From a virus, in IMG/VR virus record IMGVR_UViG_3300034374_008984, positions 1 through 64,000 of that record: DNA of 64,000 nt; one strand, 5' to 3'. The notes under the pieces are model-generated. The model saw only the letters and a list, made by a program, of their open reading frames with translations, was not told the DNA's origin and ran no database searches. Of the stretch, positions 30,400-39,664 are shown piece after piece. How positions within the stretch are numbered: position 1 is the first letter of the stretch; each line of letters opens with the position of its first letter. A program made the translations under genes and the position numbers.

Positions 30400-30552
30400 T
30401 CGGAATCACATTCAAGAGTAATTCAACAGTAAAACCAATTATCAGCCTCAAGAGGATTGCCAGTCAGGAACAGGCTGGAAGAGGATGACAAACGGGAACA
30501 GACCGCTTGCCAACGGAGAAGAAATCCGTGACACCTCGGAAAGACGGGTAAT

Positions 30553-30626
30553 GGGGACATAGCTCAGTTGGTTAGAACGGTTGCTTTGCAAGCAATAGGT
30601 CGGGGGTTCAAGTCCCTCTGTCTCCA
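30553..30626 (+). tRNA. tRNA-Ala(TGC)
   Basis: Full cloverleaf, anticodon loop TTTGCAA, G3:U70 pair, discriminator A; CCA not encoded. Confidence 0.93.
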
Positions 30627-30759
30627 CTAAAGCGCAACACGTGCAAACCGTGCCCTACCCGTATTTAATCGCGCGAGGCTCGTGGCTCAGAAACCACAAG
30701 CCGATTTTTTTTCGGCTTTCATGTCGAGAATCCAAAAACTTTCAATTAACTTTGTCTCA

Positions 30760-31323
30760 GCTTTTGGGAGGGAGCTAATTGAGATGTTGAAATAGGATTT
30801 TTAGAGCTCTACGCTCGGACCCGCCAACATGTCAACAGCTCCTTCCCAGAGTAAGCATAAGACGGGTCTTTTTTTTGCCCTGAACTGAGATGATGCAGGT
30901 GAAAGAGTACTGCACTACCAATGTTCGGGAACAGGACAAAGAACCGCAGCAGAATGAAGGAATACGGGGTCGGGATAGTAACGGCAGCCCATTTCATTCT
31001 GTGCTACTGTGGGATGCGTGAAGCAAACGGGGAGAGCAAGGAGAGAACCCCAAGCGCACAGGCGGCAGGAAAGCCTGGAAGTTCCTCTCGAGTCGTCTGA
31101 CACTGCCTGTCAGCGATGTGGGCGATAGGGGGGATGGCTCCGTTTAGGAACATTTTTCAAAATCGACTTCCACGGCTCTCACAGGTGCGGAAACGCGCTT
31201 GGGAGGCGAAGCCGTGGGACTCCTGAAAGAATTCACCATTTAGGAATTACCCTTTACAAGGTATTTCCTAAAAAAGTATCCATTAAAGGGAATTTTATAG
31301 AAACACTTTTATAGGGATACTTT
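30760..31323 (+). ncRNA. Candidate large structured non-coding RNA (~570 nt)
   Basis: Promoter box TAACTTTG at 30747, no credible ORF, at least 8 helices visible. Confidence 0.6.
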
Positions 31324-31418
31324 CATCTATTGCCCAAGCTATGCCTCAGAAATAGATCAAAGAAAGGATTTCCCAACCGAGGTATCTTTGCAGGGAACCC
31401 ATTCAAGAACCTTGCAGC

Positions 31419-33434
31419 ATGAACAGTAACGAGTACGAGATAGAGACAAGCCAGCCCGACCCCGAATCGGGAGCCTCTGAGCACGGCAAGGAGGCAACGT
31501 CCATCCCTAAGCTGATCCTCCCTGCACCGATACCCGTCAGGCCACCCAAGTATTCTCGGAATCAGTACGAGGAGGAACACAAGGAGTGGCTCAGAAAGAA
31601 GCGAGGGGAATCGGCATGGAGAACTGAGCAAAGGAGGAGATGGAAAGAGGGGTTTGCGGGATTGACGGGAATCCACTACTTCTACATTACCCAGATGCGG
31701 ATAAAGGACGCGGAGGGAAATCCCATCCGGCCCATGTGGAGGGATGTGGACGAGGAAATCTTCCGAGAGTTCGAGCTGTGCTACAAGGACGAAATCGACT
31801 TCTACGTGTTCAAGAGACGTGAGGTGGGACTTTCATCCGTGTTCGGAGGTGCGATTCCATTGTACCTCCTCATCATGTACCCCAACAGCACCTCGCTAAT
31901 GACCTCCGCTGACCTTACCCGCGTGAAGGACCTCATGGCGAACAAGCTCATTGCCCAGCACAGCTACCTTGAGGATTGGGTAAAGCCGAAAAGGAAGACC
32001 TACGACCCGCAGAAAGGGGCCACGTTCTTGGAGATTGACGAGGACGGCAACGAGACAGGGAACATGGCCGAGATTGTTTGCAGGCAGACATCGCAGGATA
32101 AGAAGGACGTGACCAACTTGGAGGGCGCAAGGGCCAAGTATGTGTTCCTTGACGAGCTCTTCCTTCACCCGTACCCCGAGGAGGTCCGCTCGTCAGCCCA
32201 ATCGTGTCTCATGTCGGGCATGGAAAGAGTTGGGATCATGGTGGCGGGAGGTAGCGCGGGTGCCGTGTCGAGGCTCGGACTGAAACAGGCAAGGGAAATA
32301 TCTCAGAAGGCATTGACGGGAAGCCTGAGAATGCTGTTTCTGTCGGGGGCGAAGGGGATAACAGCCGCAACGATACGAGATGAGAACGGAAAGAAGATAG
32401 GCACGGAGAACTTCTGCATAAACGGATGGTCGGACGTGGCGCGGGCAGAGGCATACATTAAATGGCAGAGAGCGATACTTGACCTGAGCCCCAACAAACA
32501 GGAACTCATCTCATTCACCAAGAGGTATCCGCTCACGCTCGAAGAGGTACTCACGTCAGACGATTTCGGGGTGATTCCAAGAGACATTGCCGAGCAGATA
32601 CCCGCACAGGAACTCGAACTAAGAAGCAACCCAAGAAACCTCAAACGGGTCACGATAACATTCGAGAACGGGAAGCCAACTTTCAGGAACGACAGCAGAG
32701 GCGCGTGGCTCATCCTTGAACACCCGGTCGCTGGAGAGTACTACTGGATGGGAACGGACGCGATTCCCATGATGGCAAAGAAGGCTGAGGCCACAATAAA
32801 CCCCGATGGAACGGAGCGGTCGATGCACTGCTCGGCCATTAAACGGAAAGGCACCAACAGCTACGTTGCCATATATCTCCGCAGGACATCCGATGTGGAC
32901 CTCATATTCGATGAGATGTTCGCAGCTCAACAGGCATATAACAACTGCCAGAACATGATTGAGAGAAACTCCGCAGGACTCATCTACGATAGATACTCCC
33001 GTAGCGGAAACCTCAAATACCTCGCGTATCAACCAGAAGCGTTCGGCTCCAAGGGATTCAAGAAGGGAACCGTCAGGGGAGTACACAAGGACGGGCACAA
33101 CTCGGAAAGGATCTACAACGCAGGGTTCGACTACTTCAGGGACAACATGCGCCTCGTTGACTTCCCTATCATCCTCGAACAGCTCAGAGTGTTCGGCTCA
33201 GAGAACACGGACGTGATTGACGCGATAATGATGTGCGAGGTGTTCCATAAGTATCAGGAGATCTCAGCAGGGGAACGCGCTGTCAGGGCCATGAAGCAGA
33301 CCTACAAATACCAACCCTACATCACATACGAGAACGGGAACCGCGTAGTGAGACACAAGAAGGTGGCCGTCAATTCGGCAGGTCAAGTAATAGGCCCCCA
33401 TCAAGGAATGACACCACTGACAGGATTATTGTGA
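31419..33434 (+). CDS. terL: Terminase large subunit
   Basis: KRREVGLS (Walker A variant), VFLDE (Walker B), nuclease GTD ... IERN ... DVIDA; upstream of the portal; promoter box at 31383. Confidence 0.88.
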   Translation: MNSNEYEIETSQPDPESGASEHGKEATSIPKLILPAPIPVRPPKYSRNQYEEEHKEWLRKKRGESAWRTEQRRRWKEGFAGLTGIHYFYITQMRIKDAEGNPIRPMWRDVDEEIFREFELCYKDEIDFYVFKRREVGLSSVFGGAIPLYLLIMYPNSTSLMTSADLTRVKDLMANKLIAQHSYLEDWVKPKRKTYDPQKGATFLEIDEDGNETGNMAEIVCRQTSQDKKDVTNLEGARAKYVFLDELFLHPYPEEVRSSAQSCLMSGMERVGIMVAGGSAGAVSRLGLKQAREISQKALTGSLRMLFLSGAKGITAATIRDENGKKIGTENFCINGWSDVARAEAYIKWQRAILDLSPNKQELISFTKRYPLTLEEVLTSDDFGVIPRDIAEQIPAQELELRSNPRNLKRVTITFENGKPTFRNDSRGAWLILEHPVAGEYYWMGTDAIPMMAKKAEATINPDGTERSMHCSAIKRKGTNSYVAIYLRRTSDVDLIFDEMFAAQQAYNNCQNMIERNSAGLIYDRYSRSGNLKYLAYQPEAFGSKGFKKGTVRGVHKDGHNSERIYNAGFDYFRDNMRLVDFPIILEQLRVFGSENTDVIDAIMMCEVFHKYQEISAGERAVRAMKQTYKYQPYITYENGNRVVRHKKVAVNSAGQVIGPHQGMTPLTGLL

Positions 33435-33486
33435 CTTGTAAAAAATTTATTTGCACAGGTTAAAAATTGTGCGTAGTTTTGAAGGC

Positions 33487-33873
33487 ATGATCCAATCCAC
33501 CTCCTGCACGGTGCATCCCTCAATAAGCCCCTCCGAGAATTATCTATCGGTGTTCCTCGGTGTGCATCAGTACAAAGACCAGTTCGGGGCTTATCCAGTG
33601 GCGGTCGTGAAGGACAAGAACGGGAGACTCATGCAGTGCAAGCTGTCGGCAGTGGAGGTAGAGGTTCCTTGGGGGATACCTTGCAGGGTCATCTACAAGG
33701 ACACCGACTACACGACACTGTTCTTGGGCACGTTCGACTTCTCCGATGGAGAGAAATCCTATCCGGTGGCCGTTATCAGGAACCAGGATGGGAGGTTGCA
33801 GGCAATCCGTTTGGAGGCCGTTCACTTTCTCTCCTCCGTGTATCTCTTTGAAAGAAAAAAGAATGAACCATGA
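33487..33873 (+). CDS. Hypothetical protein with a tandemly duplicated domain
   Basis: FLG..Y....YPVAVV.D.NGRL pattern occurs twice. Confidence 0.7.
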   Translation: MIQSTSCTVHPSISPSENYLSVFLGVHQYKDQFGAYPVAVVKDKNGRLMQCKLSAVEVEVPWGIPCRVIYKDTDYTTLFLGTFDFSDGEKSYPVAVIRNQDGRLQAIRLEAVHFLSSVYLFERKKNEP

Positions 33874-34052
33874 ACCTCCCCGACACCCCATACAAGATAG
33901 GCTCCACCCGAATCCTCAACGAGGGCAAGAAGTGGTTTCTTTGCAGGGCCACCCCTCCGATACACAAAGGGTTCTGCTATGTGGTCTGGAAGAAAATCAA
34001 AGAAGTGCCCAATCAAACAGGAAAGTCGCAGCTTGAGTTTCAGTTTGGGTAA
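33870..34052 (+). CDS. Small hypothetical protein
   Basis: 60 aa; stop codon overlaps the TAAC of the first attC-like arm. Confidence 0.55.
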   Translation: MNLPDTPYKIGSTRILNEGKKWFLCRATPPIHKGFCYVVWKKIKEVPNQTGKSQLEFQFG

Positions 34053-34135
34053 CGTATTGGTATATGGTTAGTGCCGTGTAAATAGCACAGACCTTTGAAT
34101 TAAGAACAGAAGTAATAATTAAATATTTTTAGAGC

Positions 34136-34828
34136 GTGGGCAAAATAAATAACTTATATACAGCAGAAGCATTATCATTTATGAAGGAAATGAATGATAA
34201 CTCTGTTGACATAATAGTAACATCACCACCGTATAATTTAATGGGGCAATACTCTTGTAAATCACAAATGAACAGAAGTTTTACAAGTAAAAGGCTTGAA
34301 GATTGGTATGATGATAAAATGGATGAAAAAGAATACCAACAATGGCAAAAAGAATGTGTTAGGGAAATGGTTAGAATATGTAAAGGAAGTGTTTTTTACG
34401 TGCATCAAGTTAGATATGCTTGGGGTAGAAAAAACGAGTTTTACCACCCTATACATTGGTTAAATGAATTTGTTATATGGTCTGAAATAATTTGGAATAG
34501 AGGAAATGGTATAAGTGCTGCAAAAAGACCAACAATGGCTGACCAAAGGATTTATATGATTGGTAAACCTAAAGTTTGGAATAAGCCAAATTGCACAAGT
34601 GTTTGGGATATACCTTCTGTTAGAAATTCTAATCACGTTTGTCCATTTCCTGATGAATTAGTAGAAAGATGTTTAAATATGTGTAGTAATGAAGGCGATA
34701 TTGTTTTTGACCCATTTGTAGGTATAGGAACAACAGCAAGAGTTGCTAAAAAAATGAATAGAAAATATATTGGTGTTGATATAAATGAAAATTATATAAA
34801 CGAAGCTAAAACCAAATTGCTGACGTAG
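34136..34828 (+). CDS. Amino-DNA methyltransferase, beta class, probably N4-C
   Basis: TSPPY before DPFVGIGTT; HVCPFP. Confidence 0.88.
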   Translation: MGKINNLYTAEALSFMKEMNDNSVDIIVTSPPYNLMGQYSCKSQMNRSFTSKRLEDWYDDKMDEKEYQQWQKECVREMVRICKGSVFYVHQVRYAWGRKNEFYHPIHWLNEFVIWSEIIWNRGNGISAAKRPTMADQRIYMIGKPKVWNKPNCTSVWDIPSVRNSNHVCPFPDELVERCLNMCSNEGDIVFDPFVGIGTTARVAKKMNRKYIGVDINENYINEAKTKLLT

Positions 34829-35001
34829 GAAACAAAAGAGCGTGGGCAAAAAATATTTAATTATGGGTAAAAAGGCACAAACGATTGAATTAAGCACGAA
34901 CTTAGGCATTAACTATATACCGTGTTGTAAAATCGTTTTAATGTTTTACAACGTTTTCGGGCTTGGCGAAGGCGGGGATTTAACCACAAAAGTTTAATAG
35001 A

Positions 35002-35715
35002 ATGACAGAAGATAATTTACATACAAAAGTTGATTTGGAAAACGGAAGCCCCGCTTTTGCCAAACCCGTGTTATACGCTGGGGCGGGTATCAAGGCAAAC
35101 ATTTCAATTTATAACGAGGACTGTTTGCAAGCATTAAAGGCAATGGCAGACAAACAATTTGATTTAGCCATAGTTGACCCACCTTACGGAATAGGAGCAG
35201 AAAACCACGCAGGCAATAAAGATAATGGATGGACACAATGGGCTAAAAAAGATTGGGATAAGGCAATACCAACGGCTGAATATTGGGAGCAACTTTTTAG
35301 GGTAAGCAAAAATCAAATTGTTTGGGGTGCAAATTATATGACGGAATACTTACCACCTAAAATGGGTTGGATTGTTTGGGATAAAGGGCAAAGGGATTTT
35401 AGCCTTGCTGACGGAGAACTTGCTTGGACTTCATTTGATAAAGCAATGAGGATATTTACTTACGCAAGAGCAAAAGCATTAAAGGAAGGTAAAATACATC
35501 CAACGCAAAAGCCGACTGATTTATACAAATGGCTTTTAGATAAGTATGCAAAGCAAGGCGATAAAATCCTTGACACCCATTTAGGAAGTGGAAGTATTGC
35601 CATTGCCTGCTGGGATATGGGTTACGACTTAACAGCCTATGAAGTTGATAAGGAGTATTACGATAATGCTTGCAAACGATTAGAAACGCATAAGTCTCAA
35701 TTAACGCTATGGTAG
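35002..35715 (+). CDS. N6-adenine DNA methyltransferase, beta class
   Basis: DPPY, HPTQKP, DTHLGSGS. Confidence 0.9.
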   Translation: MTEDNLHTKVDLENGSPAFAKPVLYAGAGIKANISIYNEDCLQALKAMADKQFDLAIVDPPYGIGAENHAGNKDNGWTQWAKKDWDKAIPTAEYWEQLFRVSKNQIVWGANYMTEYLPPKMGWIVWDKGQRDFSLADGELAWTSFDKAMRIFTYARAKALKEGKIHPTQKPTDLYKWLLDKYAKQGDKILDTHLGSGSIAIACWDMGYDLTAYEVDKEYYDNACKRLETHKSQLTLW

Positions 35716-35757
35716 CCCTTGCGTATAACTCTCCGATACACGAAAGTTTACTATGCA

Positions 35758-35988
35758 ATGAAACACACAGTGTCAACAACATACGATTTAGTGTGGCAGA
35801 TTAGTGGCGCGGAGCATTACAAGTTTACTTCTGATGGCATCTGCATAAATACCCGAACAGGAAAACGAATAAAGAAGACCCTTTGTGGCCGTTCTGTCGG
35901 GTATTGCATTTCGGGGAAATTCGTGTCGACCACTACGCTAAGGACACGACTTCAGCGAATCCCGAAAGAGATTTCCTGCCCGTTCTGA
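35758..35988 (+). CDS. Small basic protein, weakly NUMOD4-like
   Basis: YKFTSDG..INTRTGKRIK. Confidence 0.45.
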   Translation: MKHTVSTTYDLVWQISGAEHYKFTSDGICINTRTGKRIKKTLCGRSVGYCISGKFVSTTTLRTRLQRIPKEISCPF

Positions 35989-36047
35989 CATCATTCCCTC
36001 CATTGCGTTCCCTTCCGTAGCTTTGTCCCCTACGGAGATAACTCAGC

Positions 36048-38261
36048 ATGGACAACTACAAGCTACTTGACACGGAAGGCCCATCGCATCAGATGGAGAC
36101 CCACCGCCCTAATGTCGTAGGCACGAAACGGGCCCTGAAAAAAGAACACAAGGGGATGCACGGCATGATTGCCAAGTACCTCCGCTTCATGGTCACGCAG
36201 TGGAACCTCGACTACAATACCCCTCTCTACTCCACGAGGAATCCCGGCCACATCCTTCACAGGTCTCCCGTAGAGGAGATGCTCCTCAATTACAAGTACT
36301 ATCAGTCCCAGCAGGATGTTAACAGCTATGCCTACCTGACAGAAACCGCAGAGGGGGAGGAGCGTCCAGCCAAATTTACCCATGGTTCAGAGATCTATCA
36401 GGTGGTGCAGCACATGGTAGGCCCCGTTGTGAAGCACTTCGCAGGGACAACCATCACAATCGAATCCCTTGATCCCTCCGTGCAGTCCAAGCGGCAGGCC
36501 AAGGTCGCAATGCTTCAAGCCAAGAAACTCCTGCCAGACATCTTCAAGAGGTTCTCCGAAATGGGCGCCACGTTCATGCCTGAAGGAGCAACCGAGGCAA
36601 AGGACATGGACGGGGCTATTCAGGAGGCGCTGAGAAAACCAGCCCACAAGGTCGAGCGGTACGGCATGGACATCCTTACTCATGTCAACAACACCAACAG
36701 CGTAAAGGACTACATGCCCAAGCGTTTCAAGGATGTCGTCATTGGAAGGCATTGCGCAACGCACAGAACAGTATCCAATGGAAGAATCGTCCTCGAAAAG
36801 ATTGACCCTTGGAACCTCATCTTCGACAGAGACAACTCAGATGACGACTACAACAGGTACGCCCTGTTCAAGGGATTCATCAGTTGGAAATCCCACGAGG
36901 AGATCATGCAGGCGTACACCCTCGGAAGCGATGCCGAGGAAGAACTCAAGAAGCTCTTCGACAGCAACAGGAGTGCAACACTGCCGGGACTCAACGGAGT
37001 GATGGGTAATGTCCCCCAATCTGGATTCTCTTGGCTGGAATCGGACGGACCCCGTAGAATAGCCTGTGTGACAGGATACTTCATCGCCACGATAAAGGAA
37101 GATGACGGGACATCCTATCAGACCATCTACGAGGGGACTTTGATAGGAAACACGGTGCTTGTCAACTTCGGGGAATCCAACAACATCAGCTACGACATAG
37201 CCCGACCTGAGTGGCCGGTCATGCCCATCCATATCTACAGCCCCGACACGATACTCGGAACGAACGTCTGTCCCGTGGACCGGTTCAGAGAAATGCAGGA
37301 GGACTTGGATGCGTTCAAGTACAAGATTCGGGAACACATCGACAGAGACCTCGGAAAGGGGTATGTGTTCTATGCGGATACAGCCGTTCCGAAAGACATC
37401 ATTGAAGACCTCAAGAACTTCGGTGTAACAGTCATCAACAGGGCCGACCCCGAGGAACCCATCATCAACAACAACAGGATGGTGGACACAGTGGACATGA
37501 CCCTTGACCCTAACGTGGCACAGTACATAGCCCTGCGAAAGGAGTTCAAAGCGGACATGGACAATGTGGTATCCCAATCGAACATCACGAGAGGGATGCA
37601 GCAGACGTACATCGGTGGAGGTACACAGCAGGCCACCGTTGCACAGGCCAGCAACGGCACCGTTTCTCTCATGTCGGGATTCTTCCAACACTTTGCCTTC
37701 ATAGAGCAGGACATATTAAATACCGCCAAGACAATGCTCTTGGAGCCCAAGAACAGGGAAGAGGCGGAACTCATTCTCTCTGACGCAAGCGCAGATTTCT
37801 GGGAGGCCATGCAAGACCTCAATGTCATCGACATGCAGGTGCGTATCGAGATGGAGGACTTCATTGACGAGGAGCGCAGGGCAAGGTATCAGCAATATGC
37901 CCTCGCAATGGCACAGAACGCGAGAGAGACAGGGTTCACAATGCTCGATGCCATCAACATCGAGAACGCCCGCACAAGTCAGGAGTTGATGACCAAACTG
38001 AAAGAGTCCCTCGAACTGAAAGAACTGAAAGCCGAGCGCATGAGACAAGAAGACATGGCTATGCAGCAGCAGATGCAACAGATGCAGATGCAGCAGCAAG
38101 GTCAGATGTTCCAACTCGAAGAACAGAACAAGGCTCTTCGAGACCAGATCCGCAACGCGCCCAAGCACGAGGCCAATCAGATCAAACGCGAGGAGATGAA
38201 CATGTCAAGGGACATGGTATTCGCCTCCGAAGCAGGAATGCCAGGAACAGAAGTGGAATAA
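36048..38261 (+). CDS. Portal protein (crAss-like)
   Basis: 737 aa between TerL and scaffold/capsid; helical; Q/M-rich coiled C-terminus; DMTLD..V.QYI motif. Confidence 0.8.
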   Translation: MDNYKLLDTEGPSHQMETHRPNVVGTKRALKKEHKGMHGMIAKYLRFMVTQWNLDYNTPLYSTRNPGHILHRSPVEEMLLNYKYYQSQQDVNSYAYLTETAEGEERPAKFTHGSEIYQVVQHMVGPVVKHFAGTTITIESLDPSVQSKRQAKVAMLQAKKLLPDIFKRFSEMGATFMPEGATEAKDMDGAIQEALRKPAHKVERYGMDILTHVNNTNSVKDYMPKRFKDVVIGRHCATHRTVSNGRIVLEKIDPWNLIFDRDNSDDDYNRYALFKGFISWKSHEEIMQAYTLGSDAEEELKKLFDSNRSATLPGLNGVMGNVPQSGFSWLESDGPRRIACVTGYFIATIKEDDGTSYQTIYEGTLIGNTVLVNFGESNNISYDIARPEWPVMPIHIYSPDTILGTNVCPVDRFREMQEDLDAFKYKIREHIDRDLGKGYVFYADTAVPKDIIEDLKNFGVTVINRADPEEPIINNNRMVDTVDMTLDPNVAQYIALRKEFKADMDNVVSQSNITRGMQQTYIGGGTQQATVAQASNGTVSLMSGFFQHFAFIEQDILNTAKTMLLEPKNREEAELILSDASADFWEAMQDLNVIDMQVRIEMEDFIDEERRARYQQYALAMAQNARETGFTMLDAINIENARTSQELMTKLKESLELKELKAERMRQEDMAMQQQMQQMQMQQQGQMFQLEEQNKALRDQIRNAPKHEANQIKREEMNMSRDMVFASEAGMPGTEVE

Positions 38262-38271
38262 AACCTCTTCT

Positions 38272-38363
38272 TTTACCCTTGTAAAGTATCCTCTTTTACC
38301 ACTGTAAAGCATTGTATTTCAATGCGATAATTTTCTTGCGTATTTCGATTCTCTGTATATTTG
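38272..38363 (+). promoter_or_regulatory. Capsid operon promoter with tandem palindromic boxes
   Basis: TTTAC-N4-GTAAA at 38272 and 38295; TATATTTG at 38356. Confidence 0.6.
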
Positions 38364-38420
38364 AGGCGGCACTTTTGCCACTTAAAGACAACTACAAGAG
38401 AACCACCAAAAAGCAAGAAA

Positions 38421-39638
38421 ATGGCAACCGAAGCAGCAGAAGTAATCGAGAAAAAGGAAGGCGCAGCAGCATCTCCCGAAGGCGGTACCCCAACTGGTGC
38501 CCAAGCTGGCGTTCAGCTTCCTGAATTCGACCTCGAACCCGAAGTGGAATCCGAGGTGGAGGCCGCTGTACTGGCAGCTCACACAGGCAAGGCCAAGGAC
38601 CAGCTCGAAGCCGAGATAAATGCCGCAAAGGAGGCGAAAAAGAATGAGCTCATCGAGACCTACAAGCCGCTTCTCGACAAGGCCACCGAACTGAAGGCCC
38701 TTCCAGAAAACGAGGGAAAGACCGATGAGGAGCTTCTCGAAATAGCTCAAGCAGAGATTGAGAAAGGCAATTCTGACGGTGACGACACTCCAAAACTCGG
38801 GGAGGACTTCTTCGGTGTAGGTGTTAAGGCAGAGAGTAAGGATGCACAAGCAGGTGCCAAGCCTGCGGCTGAGTTCGTTGTCCCCGATGAGTACAAGCCT
38901 CAATGGGAACGCGCCAAGAAAATTACGGAAGACCCCCTTGCCGAAATCTATTTCAAAGCAAAGGAAGCGGGTCAGGTGAAGGACTTCATGGACCTTCTCG
39001 GGAAGATGACACCCGACCCCGACACCCTTTCACCCGAGCAGCTCAAGGAGATGCAGGTGAGGTCCTACGACCCGAACATCACTCCCGATGACCTTGACGA
39101 GGTCATGGAGGAGTTCAAAGAGAAAAAGACCTACCAAAAGAAAGAGGAGGTATCTCTCTTCGCAGCCCAAATGAGGCAGGCAAGGGAGAACGACCTCAAA
39201 CTGCTGGAAGGCAATGTTACCTCCAAGGCAACAGCCTCGAAGGAGTCCACCGCAAAAGCTATCCAAGAAGCCGAGAAAGAGCTGAACGGAAGCTACAAGG
39301 GACAAACCTTCTATGGGGTTGAGGTCACGGAGGAAGTAGCCCAAAAGGTGCTCAACAAGATGCGTCAGAACGGGGTCAGCTTCACCCGCCCTGACGGAGC
39401 ACCTGACGTTCAGAAGTCCATTCAAGCGACACTCCGAGAGGAGTACTTTCAAGACATGCTCCAAGCAGCGTTCGAGAGAGGACTCAAGACGGCCACCCGA
39501 AAAGAGGCCATCAAGCGGAGCAAGCCTCTGACGGGACTCAAGACGCGGGGAGGCATTCCGAGAACCCAGCAGAAGAACATCAGGGAAGAAATCTCTGAGA
39601 TCATCAAGCAGAAAGTAAACGGAGGCCAAAAGAAGTAA
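38421..39638 (+). CDS. Putative capsid scaffolding protein
   Basis: Acidic helical protein with basic tail, directly before the capsid gene. Confidence 0.65.
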   Translation: MATEAAEVIEKKEGAAASPEGGTPTGAQAGVQLPEFDLEPEVESEVEAAVLAAHTGKAKDQLEAEINAAKEAKKNELIETYKPLLDKATELKALPENEGKTDEELLEIAQAEIEKGNSDGDDTPKLGEDFFGVGVKAESKDAQAGAKPAAEFVVPDEYKPQWERAKKITEDPLAEIYFKAKEAGQVKDFMDLLGKMTPDPDTLSPEQLKEMQVRSYDPNITPDDLDEVMEEFKEKKTYQKKEEVSLFAAQMRQARENDLKLLEGNVTSKATASKESTAKAIQEAEKELNGSYKGQTFYGVEVTEEVAQKVLNKMRQNGVSFTRPDGAPDVQKSIQATLREEYFQDMLQAAFERGLKTATRKEAIKRSKPLTGLKTRGGIPRTQQKNIREEISEIIKQKVNGGQKK

Positions 39639-39664
39639 TGCAAACAGCCTAAAACCAAAAAACA

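Larger units (their letters stand above)
34045..35729 (+). mobile_element. Integron-like (attC-like) gene cassette array, AT-rich
   Basis: Paired imperfect IRs 34051-34075 / 34905-34926 and 34950-34977 / 35049-35072; complementary cassette ends GTTGTAAAA/TTTTACAAC and GTTATACGC/GCGTATAAC. Confidence 0.65.

Noticed and set aside
35727-35930. Third complete attC-like element
   Set aside because: AAC follows the cassette end, but only a short partial complement (TTCGTGTCG near 35920, inside an ORF) and no closing GTT arm were found
38060-38110. CAG/ATG microsatellite
   Set aside because: Encodes the Q/M-rich portal tail, which is common in portal proteins
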